This document shows, piece after piece, positions 17,512 through 27,955 of a DNA stretch of 64,000 nt; positions within the stretch are counted from its first letter, which is position 1; each line of letters starts with the position of its first letter. The stretch comes from Vicinamibacteria bacterium (GTDB lineage Bacteria > Acidobacteriota > Vicinamibacteria > Marinacidobacterales > Marinacidobacteraceae), in the NCBI GenBank assembly GCA_963422395.1, contig OY729431.1:2844271-2908270 (forward strand). Direction: 5' to 3'. The notes below the pieces were generated by a model, which ran no database searches, had not been told where the DNA came from, and saw only the letters and a list, made by a program, of their open reading frames with translations. The position numbers and the translations under genes are program-made.

Positions 17512-18630
17512 TCAGATCTCGTCGGCGCCTTCGAAGCGGCCCGCAGCTCGACCCGGTTTCACCACCTGGCGCCCCCGGGCGATGACGAGCGCCCCGGCTG
17601 GAACATCCTTCACGATGACCGACCCACCGGCCACGAAAGCCCGCCGTCCGATGGTCACCGGAGCCACCAGGAGCGCATTGCTGCCCACGAAGGCGCCGGG
17701 TTCGACGACGGTCCGATGCTTCGCGCGTCCGTCGTAGTTGCAGGTGATCGTCCCGGCGCCCAGGTTGGCCCGAGCGCCGACTTCGGCGTCCCCCAGATAG
17801 GAAAGGTGCGAGAGAGACGCCTGCCGACCCAGCACGGCGTTCTTGGTCTCGACGAAACTTCCCGCCAAAGAACCGGGTTCGAGCCGGGTGTCGGGGCGCA
17901 GGAGGGCAAAGGGGCCGACCCTCGCCTCCCGCCCGATCGAACTATCGAGAATCACGGAATGGCTGAGCACCTTCGCGCCCGCGCCGATCTCCGCGTTCTT
18001 CAGCCGGCAAAAACTCCCGATCCGGGCTCCCTCCCCGATGGTGGTGTCTCCCTCGAGATGCACCGAAGCGCCGATCCGGGCTCCCGGTTCGGCGCGGCAG
18101 GAAGGATCGGCCCAGAGGCTGTCCGGATCCTCTACGAGCACTCCGCCAGCGAGGAACCCTTCGGCGGTGCACCGCTGCGCTTCGCGGACCGCGGCGGACC
18201 AACCGGCGGCGTTTGCGACCCGCGAACAGCGCCGAACCGTTCCGCCGAGCGCCGGGGCCGGTTCCAGCGCGTCCAGACAGCTCTCGAAGGTCGGACGAAG
18301 CGCCGGGGCGAGGTCCGCCGCCGCTCCGGCGACTGCGATCACCTGACTTCGGTCGTTCTCGAGCCGGAGCGGAGCCGGAGCGGCCCTGCCGACGAGTTCC
18401 TGAAGCTGCTCCGTCGGCAGGGAAACCAGCCCGCCGGGAAGCAGCAGCCCCCGAGCTCCGCGGGGAAGGCCGTTCAGCGCAGCCGGGCCTTCCGGAGCAG
18501 CGACGAGCCGCGCTCCGGCCGCCGCCGCGAACGCTGCCGTGGCGGCAGATCCCGCCTCGGCGACGGTGGCGCCGAAGAACGGCGCGTCCGCGATGGACGA
18601 AGTTTCAGCACGGACAACCACGAAATCCAT
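17512..18630 (-). CDS. glmU: GlmU-like protein: intact left-handed beta-helix acetyltransferase, degenerate N-terminal domain
   Basis: [39 protein letters not shown]; no LAAGxGTRM uridyltransferase motif; start uncertain. Confidence 0.7.
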   Translation of the reverse strand: MDFVVVRAETSSIADAPFFGATVAEAGSAATAAFAAAAGARLVAAPEGPAALNGLPRGARGLLLPGGLVSLPTEQLQELVGRAAPAPLRLENDRSQVIAVAGAAADLAPALRPTFESCLDALEPAPALGGTVRRCSRVANAAGWSAAVREAQRCTAEGFLAGGVLVEDPDSLWADPSCRAEPGARIGASVHLEGDTTIGEGARIGSFCRLKNAEIGAGAKVLSHSVILDSSIGREARVGPFALLRPDTRLEPGSLAGSFVETKNAVLGRQASLSHLSYLGDAEVGARANLGAGTITCNYDGRAKHRTVVEPGAFVGSNALLVAPVTIGRRAFVAGGSVIVKDVPAGALVIARGRQVVKPGRAAGRFEGADEI

Positions 18631-18703
18631 CACGGTCTCGACTCGGGACGAGGAGGCCGGAGAGTCTCCGACCAGCGACGCAGCCCAACCCCGACCGGAG
18701 ATT

Positions 18704-19417
18704 CTACGCCCGCCCAAGGCGCTGCCGACCGTTCGGCGCCACCACGATGGTCACTTCCCCCCGCACCGGCTCGCGTTCCGCCCGCACCGCGAGCTCGGGC
18801 AGCGGGCCGAACCAGTGGTCCTCGTGGATCTTGGTCACCTCACGGGAGAGCGACGCTTCCCGAGGCCCCAGCAGCTCGGAGAGTTCCCCGAGCAGACGAG
18901 CGGTACGCCGCGCCGACTCGAAGAAAACGAGCGATCCGGGCGCCTCCGCCGCTCGCCGCAGGAAAACCTGTCGTTTTGCGCTCCGCCGCGCCGGAGGAAA
19001 GCCGAAGAAGGTGAACCGATCGGTGGGCAGCCCGGATACCGAGAGGGCGGCAGTAACCGCCGAGGGGCCCGGAACCGCCCGCACCGGAAGGTTCGCGGCC
19101 CGGGCCGCGCGCACGATGCGGTACCCGGGGTCGGAGATCAGCGGCGTTCCGGCGTCGGAGATCAGCGCGACATCATCTCCAGCCTCGAGCCGGCGGACGA
19201 GCGATCGCGCCCGCGAGACTTCGTTATGGTCGTGGCAGGCGACGAGCCGCGCCGAAAACCCGAACCGGGACTTGAGCCGGCGCGCCGCTCGGCTGTTCTC
19301 GCAGGCGATCCACCGCACCGCGCGGAGTACGGAGAGAGCCCGCGGCGAAAGATCGTCGAGATTGCCGATCGGGGTCGCGACGACGAAGAGGCTTCCAGCG
19401 GGCGGGCGCTCGTCCAT
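18704..19417 (-). CDS. rsmI: 16S rRNA (cytidine1402-2'-O)-methyltransferase
   Basis: [40 protein letters not shown]. Confidence 0.93.
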   Translation of the reverse strand: MDERPPAGSLFVVATPIGNLDDLSPRALSVLRAVRWIACENSRAARRLKSRFGFSARLVACHDHNEVSRARSLVRRLEAGDDVALISDAGTPLISDPGYRIVRAARAANLPVRAVPGPSAVTAALSVSGLPTDRFTFFGFPPARRSAKRQVFLRRAAEAPGSLVFFESARRTARLLGELSELLGPREASLSREVTKIHEDHWFGPLPELAVRAEREPVRGEVTIVVAPNGRQRLGRA

Positions 19418-19480
19418 TCGGCGAACCGTATCCCCCGTATCCCCGTGCCGCCGCACATCGTCATCGGCGACAATGGCCGC

Positions 19481-20452
19481 ATGAGAACCCCGTTGGACTA
19501 CCAGACGGCGTTCGCCGGGCGCCGCTTGGCGGTCACCGGTGCCCGCGGATTCCTCGGCGCACGGCTGACGGACCGGCTCGTCGGATTGGGAGCACGGGTG
19601 GTGGGGTTCGACCGGGCCCCCGGCGCCCGGGAGAACGGGAATGCCGTCTTCGTCTGCGGGGATCTCGCCGATCCGGCGGCGCTCGGAGAAGCGCTCGATG
19701 GCGCCGAAGTCATCTTCCACCTCGCCGCCGCCGCCGGCCACCGCGAGAGCATGGAACGCCCGCTGGCGGACTTCGAGGGGAATGTGCTGGGGACCCTTCG
19801 CCTGCTTCGCGCCGCTGCGGAACGCGCCCCGGCGGCGCGGATCGTCTTCGCGAGCACTCGTCAGCTCTACGGGCGGGCGCACCGTCTGCCGGCGCCCGAG
19901 AACCATCCGGTCGAACCCCCGGATGTTCACGCCGTCCACAAGGAGACCGCCGAACACCTGGGACGGCACTTTTCGAAGCAGCGCAGCATCCCGTTCACCG
20001 CCCTGCGGCTCACGAATCTCTACGGGCCGGCTCAGCCGACCCGCGGCCCCGCGGCCGGGCTCACGGGACGGTTCCTGAGGCAGGCGCTCGACGGCGAAGG
20101 CATCACCATCCTCGGTGATCCGAACCTCCTCCGCGACTTCGTCCATGTGGACGATGCAGTGGATGGGTTCCTCCGCTGCGCGATGCCCGCAGCTCCGGCC
20201 GGACTCTGGAATCTCGGGGCGCCGCCGGTGAGCCTCGGCGAGTTCGCGGCAGCGATCTTCCGCGCCCTGGACGAGCCGCCGCAGATCCGCACGGCGCCCC
20301 TTCCCGAGGATTTCCAGTCCCTCGCGATCGGCGATTTCCACTCGGACTGGTCGGCGATCCGGGCCGAGCTCGGCTGGGAACCGAGCGTGGACCTCGAGCG
20401 GGGGCTCCGAGGCACCGTACGGGCGTTCCGGGAGCACCCGGCAGCTCGGTGA
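19481..20452 (+). CDS. NAD-dependent epimerase/dehydratase
   Basis: VTGARGFLG, IFHLAA, LRLTNLYGP, RDFVHVDD. Confidence 0.88.
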   Translation: MRTPLDYQTAFAGRRLAVTGARGFLGARLTDRLVGLGARVVGFDRAPGARENGNAVFVCGDLADPAALGEALDGAEVIFHLAAAAGHRESMERPLADFEGNVLGTLRLLRAAAERAPAARIVFASTRQLYGRAHRLPAPENHPVEPPDVHAVHKETAEHLGRHFSKQRSIPFTALRLTNLYGPAQPTRGPAAGLTGRFLRQALDGEGITILGDPNLLRDFVHVDDAVDGFLRCAMPAAPAGLWNLGAPPVSLGEFAAAIFRALDEPPQIRTAPLPEDFQSLAIGDFHSDWSAIRAELGWEPSVDLERGLRGTVRAFREHPAAR

Positions 20453-21576
20453 GAATTCGGTTCCAGCAGCTCGCCGCCGGATCCGATTCCGGACTCCGCA
20501 GGGCACTCGATCGGGTGCTCGCGTCGGGCTATTTCGTGCTCGGGCCCGAAGTCGAGGCCTTCGAGCGGGCTTTCGCCCGGGCGCTGGGCGTCCTCCACGC
20601 GGTCGGAGTGGGCTCGGGGACCGACGCGATCACCCTCTCGCTCCGAGCCGCCGGCATCGGACCCGGAGATCGGGTGCTCACCAGCGCGTTCTCGACCGGA
20701 TACACCGGGCTCGGCATCCTCCACGCGGGAGCCTCCCCCGTCTTCGCCGATGTGGAGCGAGAGAGCCTCTGCCTGGACTCCACGGCAGCGGAACGAGTGC
20801 TGGAAGGAAGCGAGATCGCCGCGATCGTCCCCGTCCATCTGTTCGGCGGCGCCGCCGCTCGCTGGAAACGACTGCTCGAGGCCGCCGCCCGCCGCGAGAT
20901 TCCGATCATCGAAGATGCCTGCCAGGCGCACGGGGCTCGCTTCGAGGGGCGGGCGCTCGGCTCCTTCGGCGCCGCTGCCGCCTTCAGCTTCTATCCCACG
21001 AAGAATCTCGGCTCGCTCGGCGACGCCGGGCTGGTGGCCACCGACGACGCGGAACTCGCCGACCGGGTCCGGCGACTCCGGTCCGGCGGACAGACCGCAC
21101 GGCACCATCACGAGGAAATCGGTTGGAACAGCCATCTCGATGAAATCCAGGCGGCGGTCCTTTCCCAGCGGCTTCCCGGCCTTGCGGCAGCGAACCGCGA
21201 ACGCCGGCGGCTCTCCCGCCGCTACCGGGAGGCGCTTTCCGGGACCGGTCTCGGTTTCGTGACCCCGGGCCCCGGAGTCGAGAGCGCCTGCCATCTGTTC
21301 GTGGTCCGCAGCCCGGCGCGGGACGCGCTGCGCGAGCACCTGGCCGACGACGGCATCGAATCTCTCGTCCACTATCCGGTTCCGCTTTCCGAACAGGCGG
21401 TGTTTCAGCGGTTCCGGGCCGAGCCGGAGAAGTTCCCCGAGGCTTCCCGAGCGGCCGCAGAAGTACTCAGCCTGCCCCTCCACCCCGGATTTGCCGACGC
21501 GGAAGTGGATCGGGTCGCGGCGTCGGTGCGCTCGTTCTTCGCCGGCTCTCCGGCGGCGCCGCGGATGGCAGAATAG
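20449..21576 (+). CDS. DegT/DnrJ/EryC1/StrS sugar aminotransferase
   Basis: LGPEVEAFE, IIEDACQAHGA, FSFYPTKNLG, VLSLPLHP. Confidence 0.92.
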   Translation: MRIRFQQLAAGSDSGLRRALDRVLASGYFVLGPEVEAFERAFARALGVLHAVGVGSGTDAITLSLRAAGIGPGDRVLTSAFSTGYTGLGILHAGASPVFADVERESLCLDSTAAERVLEGSEIAAIVPVHLFGGAAARWKRLLEAAARREIPIIEDACQAHGARFEGRALGSFGAAAAFSFYPTKNLGSLGDAGLVATDDAELADRVRRLRSGGQTARHHHEEIGWNSHLDEIQAAVLSQRLPGLAAANRERRRLSRRYREALSGTGLGFVTPGPGVESACHLFVVRSPARDALREHLADDGIESLVHYPVPLSEQAVFQRFRAEPEKFPEASRAAAEVLSLPLHPGFADAEVDRVAASVRSFFAGSPAAPRMAE

Positions 21577-21580
21577 GCCG

Positions 21581-22423
21581 ATGGGAATCGGGCATACCGG
21601 CGCCGTCCTCTGTCCGAGCTGCGGGCAGCTGGTGGGAGCGCGCGACCAGGAGTGCCTGTCCTGCGGGCGCCGGAATCCGGGGCTCTACGGATTCGCCAGG
21701 CTGCTGCGTTTCGACGGCGGCGGCGGCATGAAGCTCCTGCTCGGGGCGAACATCGGCCTCTTCCTGCTGGCTCTCGTGCTGAGCGTCGGCGCGATCGAAA
21801 TGCGGGGGCTGCTCGGTTTCCTGAGCCCGGACGGACGGATCCTCTACCGACTGGGCGCGGCGGGGGGCATTCCGGTGTTCGGCGTCGGCAAGTGGTATGC
21901 GGTGTTCAGCGCCGGCTGGCTCCACGGCGGCCTCCTCCACATCTTCTTCAACATGTACTGGCTGTGGAACCTGTTCCCCCTGACGAGCCAAGCCTTCGGC
22001 GCCAGCCGGTCGCTCGTGATCTACCAGGTATCCGCGGGAACCGGATTCCTGCTCTCGTCGTTCCTGGGAGCGTCCGCGATCTCGATTCCGGTGCTCGGAG
22101 GAGCGCCGGGGATCACGGTCGGAGCTTCGGCGTCCCTCTGCGGGTTGCTCGGAGCCCTTCTCTACTATGGACGACGCACCAGTTCCGACTTCGCCCGCAC
22201 CATCGGGCGCTATGTGATCTTCATCGGGATCTTCGGCGCTCTCGTGCCCGGCATCGACAACGCCGCCCACCTCGGCGGATTCGCGGGCGGCTATCTGACG
22301 GCCTCCTGTTTCGGAGCCTTCACTCCCGAGCGCGGAAAGCACGCCCTGTGGGCCCTCGGGCTCCTCGGGCTCAGCGTTCTCGCCATCCTGCTCTCGGTGG
22401 TCAGGGTTTCCGCGTCCGCCTGA
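21581..22423 (+). CDS. Rhomboid intramembrane serine protease with N-terminal zinc ribbon
   Basis: CPSC...CLSC; LHGGLLHIFFNM, VGASAS, IDNAAHLGG. Confidence 0.9.
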   Translation: MGIGHTGAVLCPSCGQLVGARDQECLSCGRRNPGLYGFARLLRFDGGGGMKLLLGANIGLFLLALVLSVGAIEMRGLLGFLSPDGRILYRLGAAGGIPVFGVGKWYAVFSAGWLHGGLLHIFFNMYWLWNLFPLTSQAFGASRSLVIYQVSAGTGFLLSSFLGASAISIPVLGGAPGITVGASASLCGLLGALLYYGRRTSSDFARTIGRYVIFIGIFGALVPGIDNAAHLGGFAGGYLTASCFGAFTPERGKHALWALGLLGLSVLAILLSVVRVSASA

Positions 22424-22442
22424 ACGAACCGGAGAGGAACGA

Positions 22443-22631
22443 TTGGCCAAACTCGCAAGGGCGAACGAGGGCCGGCTGCTGCTCGGAGTCTGCGCCGGGC
22501 TCGCCGACTGGTGGAACATCGACCGGACCCTCCTCCGGGTCCTCTATGTGCTGGTGAGCGTCTGCTCGGCAGCCTTCCCCGGCATCCTCTGTTACCTCGT
22601 CCTCGCGATCCTGATGCCTCCGGCGGAATGA
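22443..22631 (+). CDS. PspC-domain membrane protein
   Basis: LLGVCAGLADWWNIDRTLLRV...YLVLAILMP. Confidence 0.85.
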   Translation: MAKLARANEGRLLLGVCAGLADWWNIDRTLLRVLYVLVSVCSAAFPGILCYLVLAILMPPAE

Positions 22632-22647
22632 TCGGACGCGGGGACCG

Positions 22648-23502
22648 TTGAGGAGCGGCTCCCTCGGTACCGCTCGAGAGGCTGCGGGCGGACCCCCCGG
22701 GGCACAAGACATCGACTCCGGCATCCGGGACAGCGCGCTGCGGCTCGGGGGGGACGGGCCCAGCGCTCCGGCACGGCTCCTGACCCGATTCGCACCGGAC
22801 CCGGCCGCCTCCCGCCGGGAGGTTCTCGCCTCGCTGAACCACTGGGCCCGGGGTGCGGGGTTCGCGGTAGCCGTCGTGCCGACGAGTGCCGGGCCGCTGT
22901 TCGCCGATTTCCGCGCGCTCGGTTTCGACGACGCCGGCCCGATGCCCCGTTACTTCGCCCCGGCCCGGCCACCTCTCTGGCGCCGCTTCCTGACGGAGAC
23001 CCTGCTGCCCGCAGCGCGGGTTCCGGACGGCCTGCAGGCGATTCCCAAGACCCTTTCGGCGGCGAACGACTCGGCTCTCCGGGACCGCTTCGCGTCCGGC
23101 TTCGGCGCTCTTGCCGAAGCGGAGGCGGACCCCGCTTCCGCCGGGATCACGCTGCTGCGGGGGGGAGAGCCGGTCGCCGGCGCCCGCTGGCGTCGTGACG
23201 AGGCCGGGACGGCGACCGTCACCGGTTGGCTCGCCCCGCCGGGGGAAGCGGACCTGGCCGCAGTGCTCGCCGGGGAAGCGCTTCGGACCGCCGCTGCCGG
23301 AGGCGCAGCGGGAATCCGGTTCGAGACGAGCCACGCGGTCCTCGGCAGGGGGCTGCTGCTCGCGCGCTTCCTGCCCCGAAAATCCCGCGCCCGCATCCTC
23401 GTCCGGCAAGGCGGCGCGCGAGACCTGCTGGCGCCGAAGACCGCCGGCTGGCACCTCACCGCACCGGCCCGGATCCGCCTCCCTCCGGGAAGTCCATGGT
23501 AA
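22648..23502 (+). CDS. Hypothetical protein (possible divergent GNAT-like fold)
   Basis: Co-oriented ORF filling the operon up to the tRNA promoter; only weak motif resemblance. Confidence 0.5.
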   Translation: MRSGSLGTAREAAGGPPGAQDIDSGIRDSALRLGGDGPSAPARLLTRFAPDPAASRREVLASLNHWARGAGFAVAVVPTSAGPLFADFRALGFDDAGPMPRYFAPARPPLWRRFLTETLLPAARVPDGLQAIPKTLSAANDSALRDRFASGFGALAEAEADPASAGITLLRGGEPVAGARWRRDEAGTATVTGWLAPPGEADLAAVLAGEALRTAAAGGAAGIRFETSHAVLGRGLLLARFLPRKSRARILVRQGGARDLLAPKTAGWHLTAPARIRLPPGSPW

Positions 23503-23505
23503 AAT
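23497..23505 (+). promoter_or_regulatory. Extended -10 element for tRNA-Glu
   Basis: TGgTAAAAT about 21 nt upstream of the tRNA. Confidence 0.5.
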
Positions 23506-23526
23506 ACGATCCTACAAGCCGCTGGC

Positions 23527-23601
23527 GCCGCTATCGTCTAGGGGTTAGGACGGGTGGTTCTCAGCCATCAAACCGGGGTTCGAATCCCCGTAGCGGTACC
23601 A
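23527..23601 (+). tRNA. tRNA-Glu (CTC)
   Basis: Acceptor GCCGCTA/TAGCGGT, anticodon loop TTCTCAG, GGTTCGAATCC, encoded CCA. Confidence 0.96.
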
Positions 23602-23635
23602 GCCGGTGGGGAGTACCGAACCGGGTCGCACCGCG

Positions 23636-24571
23636 GTGAAAGAGCCCCGAATTCGGTGTGAGGTGGTTCGGGGAACCGGACCGGCCCTCCTCGCCCACGG
23701 CGGCGCCTGGGACATCCCGGACGACGAACGGGAACCCCACCGCCTCGGCGCGCTCGCCGCTTCCCGGCTCGGTTTCGACCAGCTGCGGGGCGGCGCCTCG
23801 GCACTCGACACGGTGGAAACCGTGGTGTCGCTCCTCGAGAACGACCGGGCCTTCAATGCGGGCGTCGGATCGACCCTGAATCGGGGCGGCGAAGCGGTCC
23901 TCGACGGCTCGATCATGGACGGCGAAGACCTCCGGGCGGGTGCGGTAGCAGCGGTCTCGACGATCCGAAACCCGGTGCAGGTCGCCCGCCGGGTTCTGGA
24001 AGCCACCGGGCAGGTCCTCCTGGCCGCCCGCGGGGCCGAGGAATTCGCCGAAGCGCAGGGGTTTCCCCCGATTCGCCCGGAGGAGCTCGTCGTGCCGCGC
24101 GAGGTGGCGCGGCTCGCGCGGTATCGGCAGGCGAGGCGCTCGCCGGAGAGGCCGCAGGCGGCGCCGTCCGACACCGTAGGAGCGGTGGCGCTCGACCGGA
24201 AGGGTCGAATCGCGGTGGCGGGATCCACCGGGGGAACGCTCGGCAAACGTCCGGGTCGGGTCGGAGACACTCCGCTTCCGGGAGCCGGGTTCTATGCCGA
24301 CTCCCGGGTCGCCGGCGTGGCGTGCACCGGGTGGGGCGAGGGGATCGCCCGGCTCGCCTTGGCCCGGGCAGTGCTCGCCCGGATCGAAACCGGCGAGGAT
24401 CCGGCCGCCGCCGCCGCCGCGCTCCTGAGCGTGCTGTGGACCCGGGTCGGCGGGACTGCGGGGATCGTGATCGTGACCCCCGACTCCCGGCTGGTGAGCG
24501 CCTGGAATACTTCGCGGCTGGCCCGCGGCTGGTCTCATGAAGGGATGGAGGAACCCTCGGCGGCAGCTTGA
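23636..24571 (+). CDS. iaaA: Isoaspartyl peptidase/L-asparaginase (Ntn hydrolase)
   Basis: HGGA, FNAGVGS, DTVGAVA (catalytic Thr), STGG, PGRVGDTP, CTGWGE. Confidence 0.9.
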   Translation: MKEPRIRCEVVRGTGPALLAHGGAWDIPDDEREPHRLGALAASRLGFDQLRGGASALDTVETVVSLLENDRAFNAGVGSTLNRGGEAVLDGSIMDGEDLRAGAVAAVSTIRNPVQVARRVLEATGQVLLAARGAEEFAEAQGFPPIRPEELVVPREVARLARYRQARRSPERPQAAPSDTVGAVALDRKGRIAVAGSTGGTLGKRPGRVGDTPLPGAGFYADSRVAGVACTGWGEGIARLALARAVLARIETGEDPAAAAAALLSVLWTRVGGTAGIVIVTPDSRLVSAWNTSRLARGWSHEGMEEPSAAA

Positions 24572-24577
24572 CTCCCG

Positions 24578-24586
24578 TGTTAGATT
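24578..24586 (+). promoter_or_regulatory. Extended -10 element for tRNA-Arg
   Basis: TGtTAGATT about 18 nt upstream of the tRNA. Confidence 0.4.
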
Positions 24587-24604
24587 GGCCGGTTGGGGTC
24601 GCTG

Positions 24605-24680
24605 GCGCCCTTGGCTCAGTGGACAGAGCAACAGGCTACGAACCTGTAGGTCGGGGGTTCGAATCCCTCAGGGCGCGCCA
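24605..24680 (+). tRNA. tRNA-Arg (ACG)
   Basis: Acceptor GCGCCCT/AGGGCGC, anticodon arm ACAGG-CTACGAA-CCTGT, GGTTCGAATCC, CCA. Confidence 0.97.
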
Positions 24681-24788
24681 CCCTCCTTGGTTTTCGCGGC
24701 CTCCGACCCCGCCCGTGAGAACATCGGGGCCTGGAAAGGAAGCTGACCGTGCTCCCTCTCACCTGGCCGCTGTCCCCCGGAGACCGCG

Positions 24789-26246
24789 ATGACTTGCCGC
24801 ACTGCTAGTAGGCCCACCTGGTTCCTCCCGTCGGTTGTGTTCTGTGCCGTTTCGCTGCCGGTCGCCGTCTCCCACCTCTCATGCGCTTCGGAAACGGGAA
24901 CCGGTGCTCCCGCGATTCCTCCGCCGGAACCGACCGCCGGAACTTTCGAGAACACCGCGCCCGTAGCCGACGCCGGCGCCGATACCCTCGCCAACGAGCA
25001 TGAGCGGGTCTCGCTGGACGCGAGCCTCAGCACCGACTCCGATGGCACGATCGTTTCTTTCCGCTGGACCCAGCGCCCGAGCGATGCTCCCCCCGTCGCT
25101 CTCGAGGGATCCAACACAGTCAGGCCGAGCTTCACCGTGCCGGATGTGATGGAGGACGCGGTGTTCGTGTTCGACTTGGAAGTCCGGGACGACGACGGGG
25201 CCTCCGAAACCGACGACGTCCGGGTCCAGGTGTCCAACCCGGACCGCCCGCACAACATCATCATGCGAGTCGTACGGGACTGGACGTCGTACCACTCGGC
25301 CTACGGAGGCTGGCCCTCCGCAGTTCGGATCCGAGAGAGCGAGTGGCTCAAGTACTTCGAAGCCGCGATCTGGGAAGAAACGGATTCGGTCCACCTGTAC
25401 GAGTTCGACAGCGACTTCGATCCGTTACGCGGCGGGCAGCCGGGTATGCCCCCGGAGCGGGCCGTAGCGCACCGGGAGGCCTACCGGATAAGCCGGGCGA
25501 CCGGATTGCCCCCGGCAGGCTCGCCAGCGAGGAGCCGTTTCCTCCAGGAGGCCTTCACCGGCTTCGCCGAGATCCTCGCCGCGCGCTATCCCGATTCCGA
25601 TCATCACTTCATGTATTCCGGACACGGTGGACCCGGCGGTGCTCTCTTCGCAGCCCATATGCGCCCCCCGGACGCGAATCGGTTTCTCGCTTCCTGGACG
25701 GCCGCCCTCGGTCGCCACCTCGGAGTCATCGACATGGGCGGCCCGTGCAACAAGGGCAGCTTCTCCGATCTGAAGAACTTCTGCGGATATTCCCGCTACT
25801 ACATCGCCTCGGACCTGACGAACGGCGGCTATCGGATGGACCGCTGGACTATGGAAAAACATCGAGAAACGGACCCAGAAGAGCAGTACCACACACTGTT
25901 CTCCCGACTCTACGGTCTCAGAGAGGTCCTCGCGGCGCGCCTCGACCTGAGGCAGCTCCGCTACGAGTATTCGAGGAACGACATGATTCGGACCGGGACC
26001 ATGCAGGCGAACTATCTGTACTCCTGCTGGAGATTCGCCGAGTTCGCCCCGGGGTTCGAAAACTTCCTGGATGCGGTAGCGGCGCCGTACGACTATCTCG
26101 ACGACCTGTTCGAATACATGGTCGAGCATTCCGCACCGGCGGAATCGATCGATCGATTTCACGCAGTCACCCTCCACAGCGTGCACAACCGCGACTTCTT
26201 CGAATGGCCGGAACGTCGTCACGGAATCCTGATGCCGACCGAGTGA
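24789..26246 (+). CDS. Secreted PKD/REJ Ig-like protein with putative clostripain/caspase-fold C-terminal domain
   Basis: Signal peptide/possible lipobox; PVADAGAD, LDASLSTDSDG, FDLEVRDDDGA (PKD); FMYSGHGG and VIDMGGPC as a candidate His-Cys dyad. Confidence 0.65.
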   Translation: MTCRTASRPTWFLPSVVFCAVSLPVAVSHLSCASETGTGAPAIPPPEPTAGTFENTAPVADAGADTLANEHERVSLDASLSTDSDGTIVSFRWTQRPSDAPPVALEGSNTVRPSFTVPDVMEDAVFVFDLEVRDDDGASETDDVRVQVSNPDRPHNIIMRVVRDWTSYHSAYGGWPSAVRIRESEWLKYFEAAIWEETDSVHLYEFDSDFDPLRGGQPGMPPERAVAHREAYRISRATGLPPAGSPARSRFLQEAFTGFAEILAARYPDSDHHFMYSGHGGPGGALFAAHMRPPDANRFLASWTAALGRHLGVIDMGGPCNKGSFSDLKNFCGYSRYYIASDLTNGGYRMDRWTMEKHRETDPEEQYHTLFSRLYGLREVLAARLDLRQLRYEYSRNDMIRTGTMQANYLYSCWRFAEFAPGFENFLDAVAAPYDYLDDLFEYMVEHSAPAESIDRFHAVTLHSVHNRDFFEWPERRHGILMPTE

Positions 26247-26362
26247 TCCCCAGCCGGAACCCGGAGACGGCGCGCTCCCGGGACCCCTGGGAGCAAAGCC
26301 ACTCCCGGGAGCCATACATCTGCCATCATTGCGCCCAGCGGAATCGCAGGAGGCTGTGACCG

Positions 26363-27871
26363 ATGTTCGACCGATCCATACAGCATTCCGCTGCTCTTCT
26401 CGCTGCGCTACTCATTCCCGCGGGGATCTTCGCCCAGGAACGCGATCTCGATCTGGTGATCACCGGCGGGCGCGTCCTCGACCCGGAAACCGGCCTCGAT
26501 GCGGCCCGGGACATCGGGGTGGTGCGGAACGAGATCGTCGCGATCTCCCGCGAGGTGCTCACCAACCGCTTGAAACAGGGCGGGGTGCTGCTAGACGCCG
26601 CCTCGAGAGTGGTGAGCCCCGGGTTCATCGACCTCCACGCCCACGGCCAGTCCGCCGAGGCGAATCGGTACCAGGCGATGGACGGGGTGACCACGGCGCT
26701 GGAGCTCGAAGGGGGTGTTCCCCGGATGGCGCGCTTCCTGGAAAGCCGCGCCGGGGAAGCGATCCTCCACTACGGGGCCTCCGTTTCCCACGGCGGGCTG
26801 CGGTTGCTCGGTATCCCGGGAATCAGCGAACAGGCCGCGGCCATCCTCGATGCCGAGAGCACCGGCGCCGAACTCGTGATCGAGCACGCCAACCTGCTGC
26901 GCGAGGCGAATTACACCGCGGTGGACCCGGATCTCCGTTCCTCGGTGCACGAGGCCATCGCCGCCGAAATGCGCGCCGGCGGGCTCGGAATCGGCTTGCC
27001 GCACCAGTACTACCCCGGCGCCACCCACACCGAGATCTACCGAGTCTTCGAACTGGCGGCTGAACTCGAGGTTCCCATCTACACCCATGTGCGCGACATG
27101 GCGGTCTCCGCGATCCAGGAAGTGCTCGCCAACGCCCTCGCCACCGGAGCGCCGCTGCACATCGTCCATCTGAACAGTTCGAGCCTCCACCACCTTCCGG
27201 TGACCCTCGACCTGATCGCAGGGGCGCGCGCCGCGGGGGTGGATGTCACGACCGAGGCCTACCCCTACACCGCTGCTTCCACCGGCATCTCCTCCTCCAT
27301 CTTCGACGAAGGTTGGCAGGAAAAACTCGGAATGAGTTACGGAGACATCCAGTGGCAGGACACCGGGGAGCGGCTCACCGAAGAGACCTTCGAGTTCTTC
27401 CAGGAGGAAGGCGGCACGGTCATCATGCACATGATGAAGCCGGAGTTCATCGAGCTCGCCATGCGGACGCCCTTCGTCATCGTGGCTTCCGACGGAATGC
27501 CCTACGCCCCGGGCGCACACCCGCGGTCGGCAGGCACCTTTTCCCGGTTCCTCGGGCGCTATGTGCGCGACCAGGGGGTCGCAGCGCTGCCGGACGCCAT
27601 CGGGCGGATCACTCTGCTGCCGGCGGAGCGCCTTCAGGAAGTCGCGCCGTCGATGCGCCGGAAGGGGCGGATCCAGATCGGTGCTGTCGCCGACATCACC
27701 ATCTTCGACCCGGCGACCATCGTGGACACTGCGACCTTCGAGGACGACCTGAGCTTTTCCGAAGGCATCACCCATGTCGTGGTGGACGGCGTTCCGGTCG
27801 TGCGGGACGGCGCCCTGGTTCCGGGCGTCTTCCCCGGAAAGCCGCTCCTCGGCCGCTACACCTCGGAGTAA
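26363..27871 (+). CDS. N-acyl-D-amino-acid deacylase-like amidohydrolase with signal peptide
   Basis: GGRVLDPE, PGFIDLHAH, DGVTTALELE, VTTEAYPY, HPRSAGTF. Confidence 0.88.
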   Translation: MFDRSIQHSAALLAALLIPAGIFAQERDLDLVITGGRVLDPETGLDAARDIGVVRNEIVAISREVLTNRLKQGGVLLDAASRVVSPGFIDLHAHGQSAEANRYQAMDGVTTALELEGGVPRMARFLESRAGEAILHYGASVSHGGLRLLGIPGISEQAAAILDAESTGAELVIEHANLLREANYTAVDPDLRSSVHEAIAAEMRAGGLGIGLPHQYYPGATHTEIYRVFELAAELEVPIYTHVRDMAVSAIQEVLANALATGAPLHIVHLNSSSLHHLPVTLDLIAGARAAGVDVTTEAYPYTAASTGISSSIFDEGWQEKLGMSYGDIQWQDTGERLTEETFEFFQEEGGTVIMHMMKPEFIELAMRTPFVIVASDGMPYAPGAHPRSAGTFSRFLGRYVRDQGVAALPDAIGRITLLPAERLQEVAPSMRRKGRIQIGAVADITIFDPATIVDTATFEDDLSFSEGITHVVVDGVPVVRDGALVPGVFPGKPLLGRYTSE

Positions 27872-27955
27872 CCGCCTCTCGCGGGGCGGGCGAGCCGCAG
27901 GGAAAACCAGAGAAATCCGCTCGTCGGCCCATTCCCTCCCGACCCCGCCGGAACC

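Noticed and set aside
23527-26360. Integrative element or prophage at tRNA-Glu/tRNA-Arg
   Set aside because: No integrase, no phage genes, and no duplicated tRNA 3' end was noticed.
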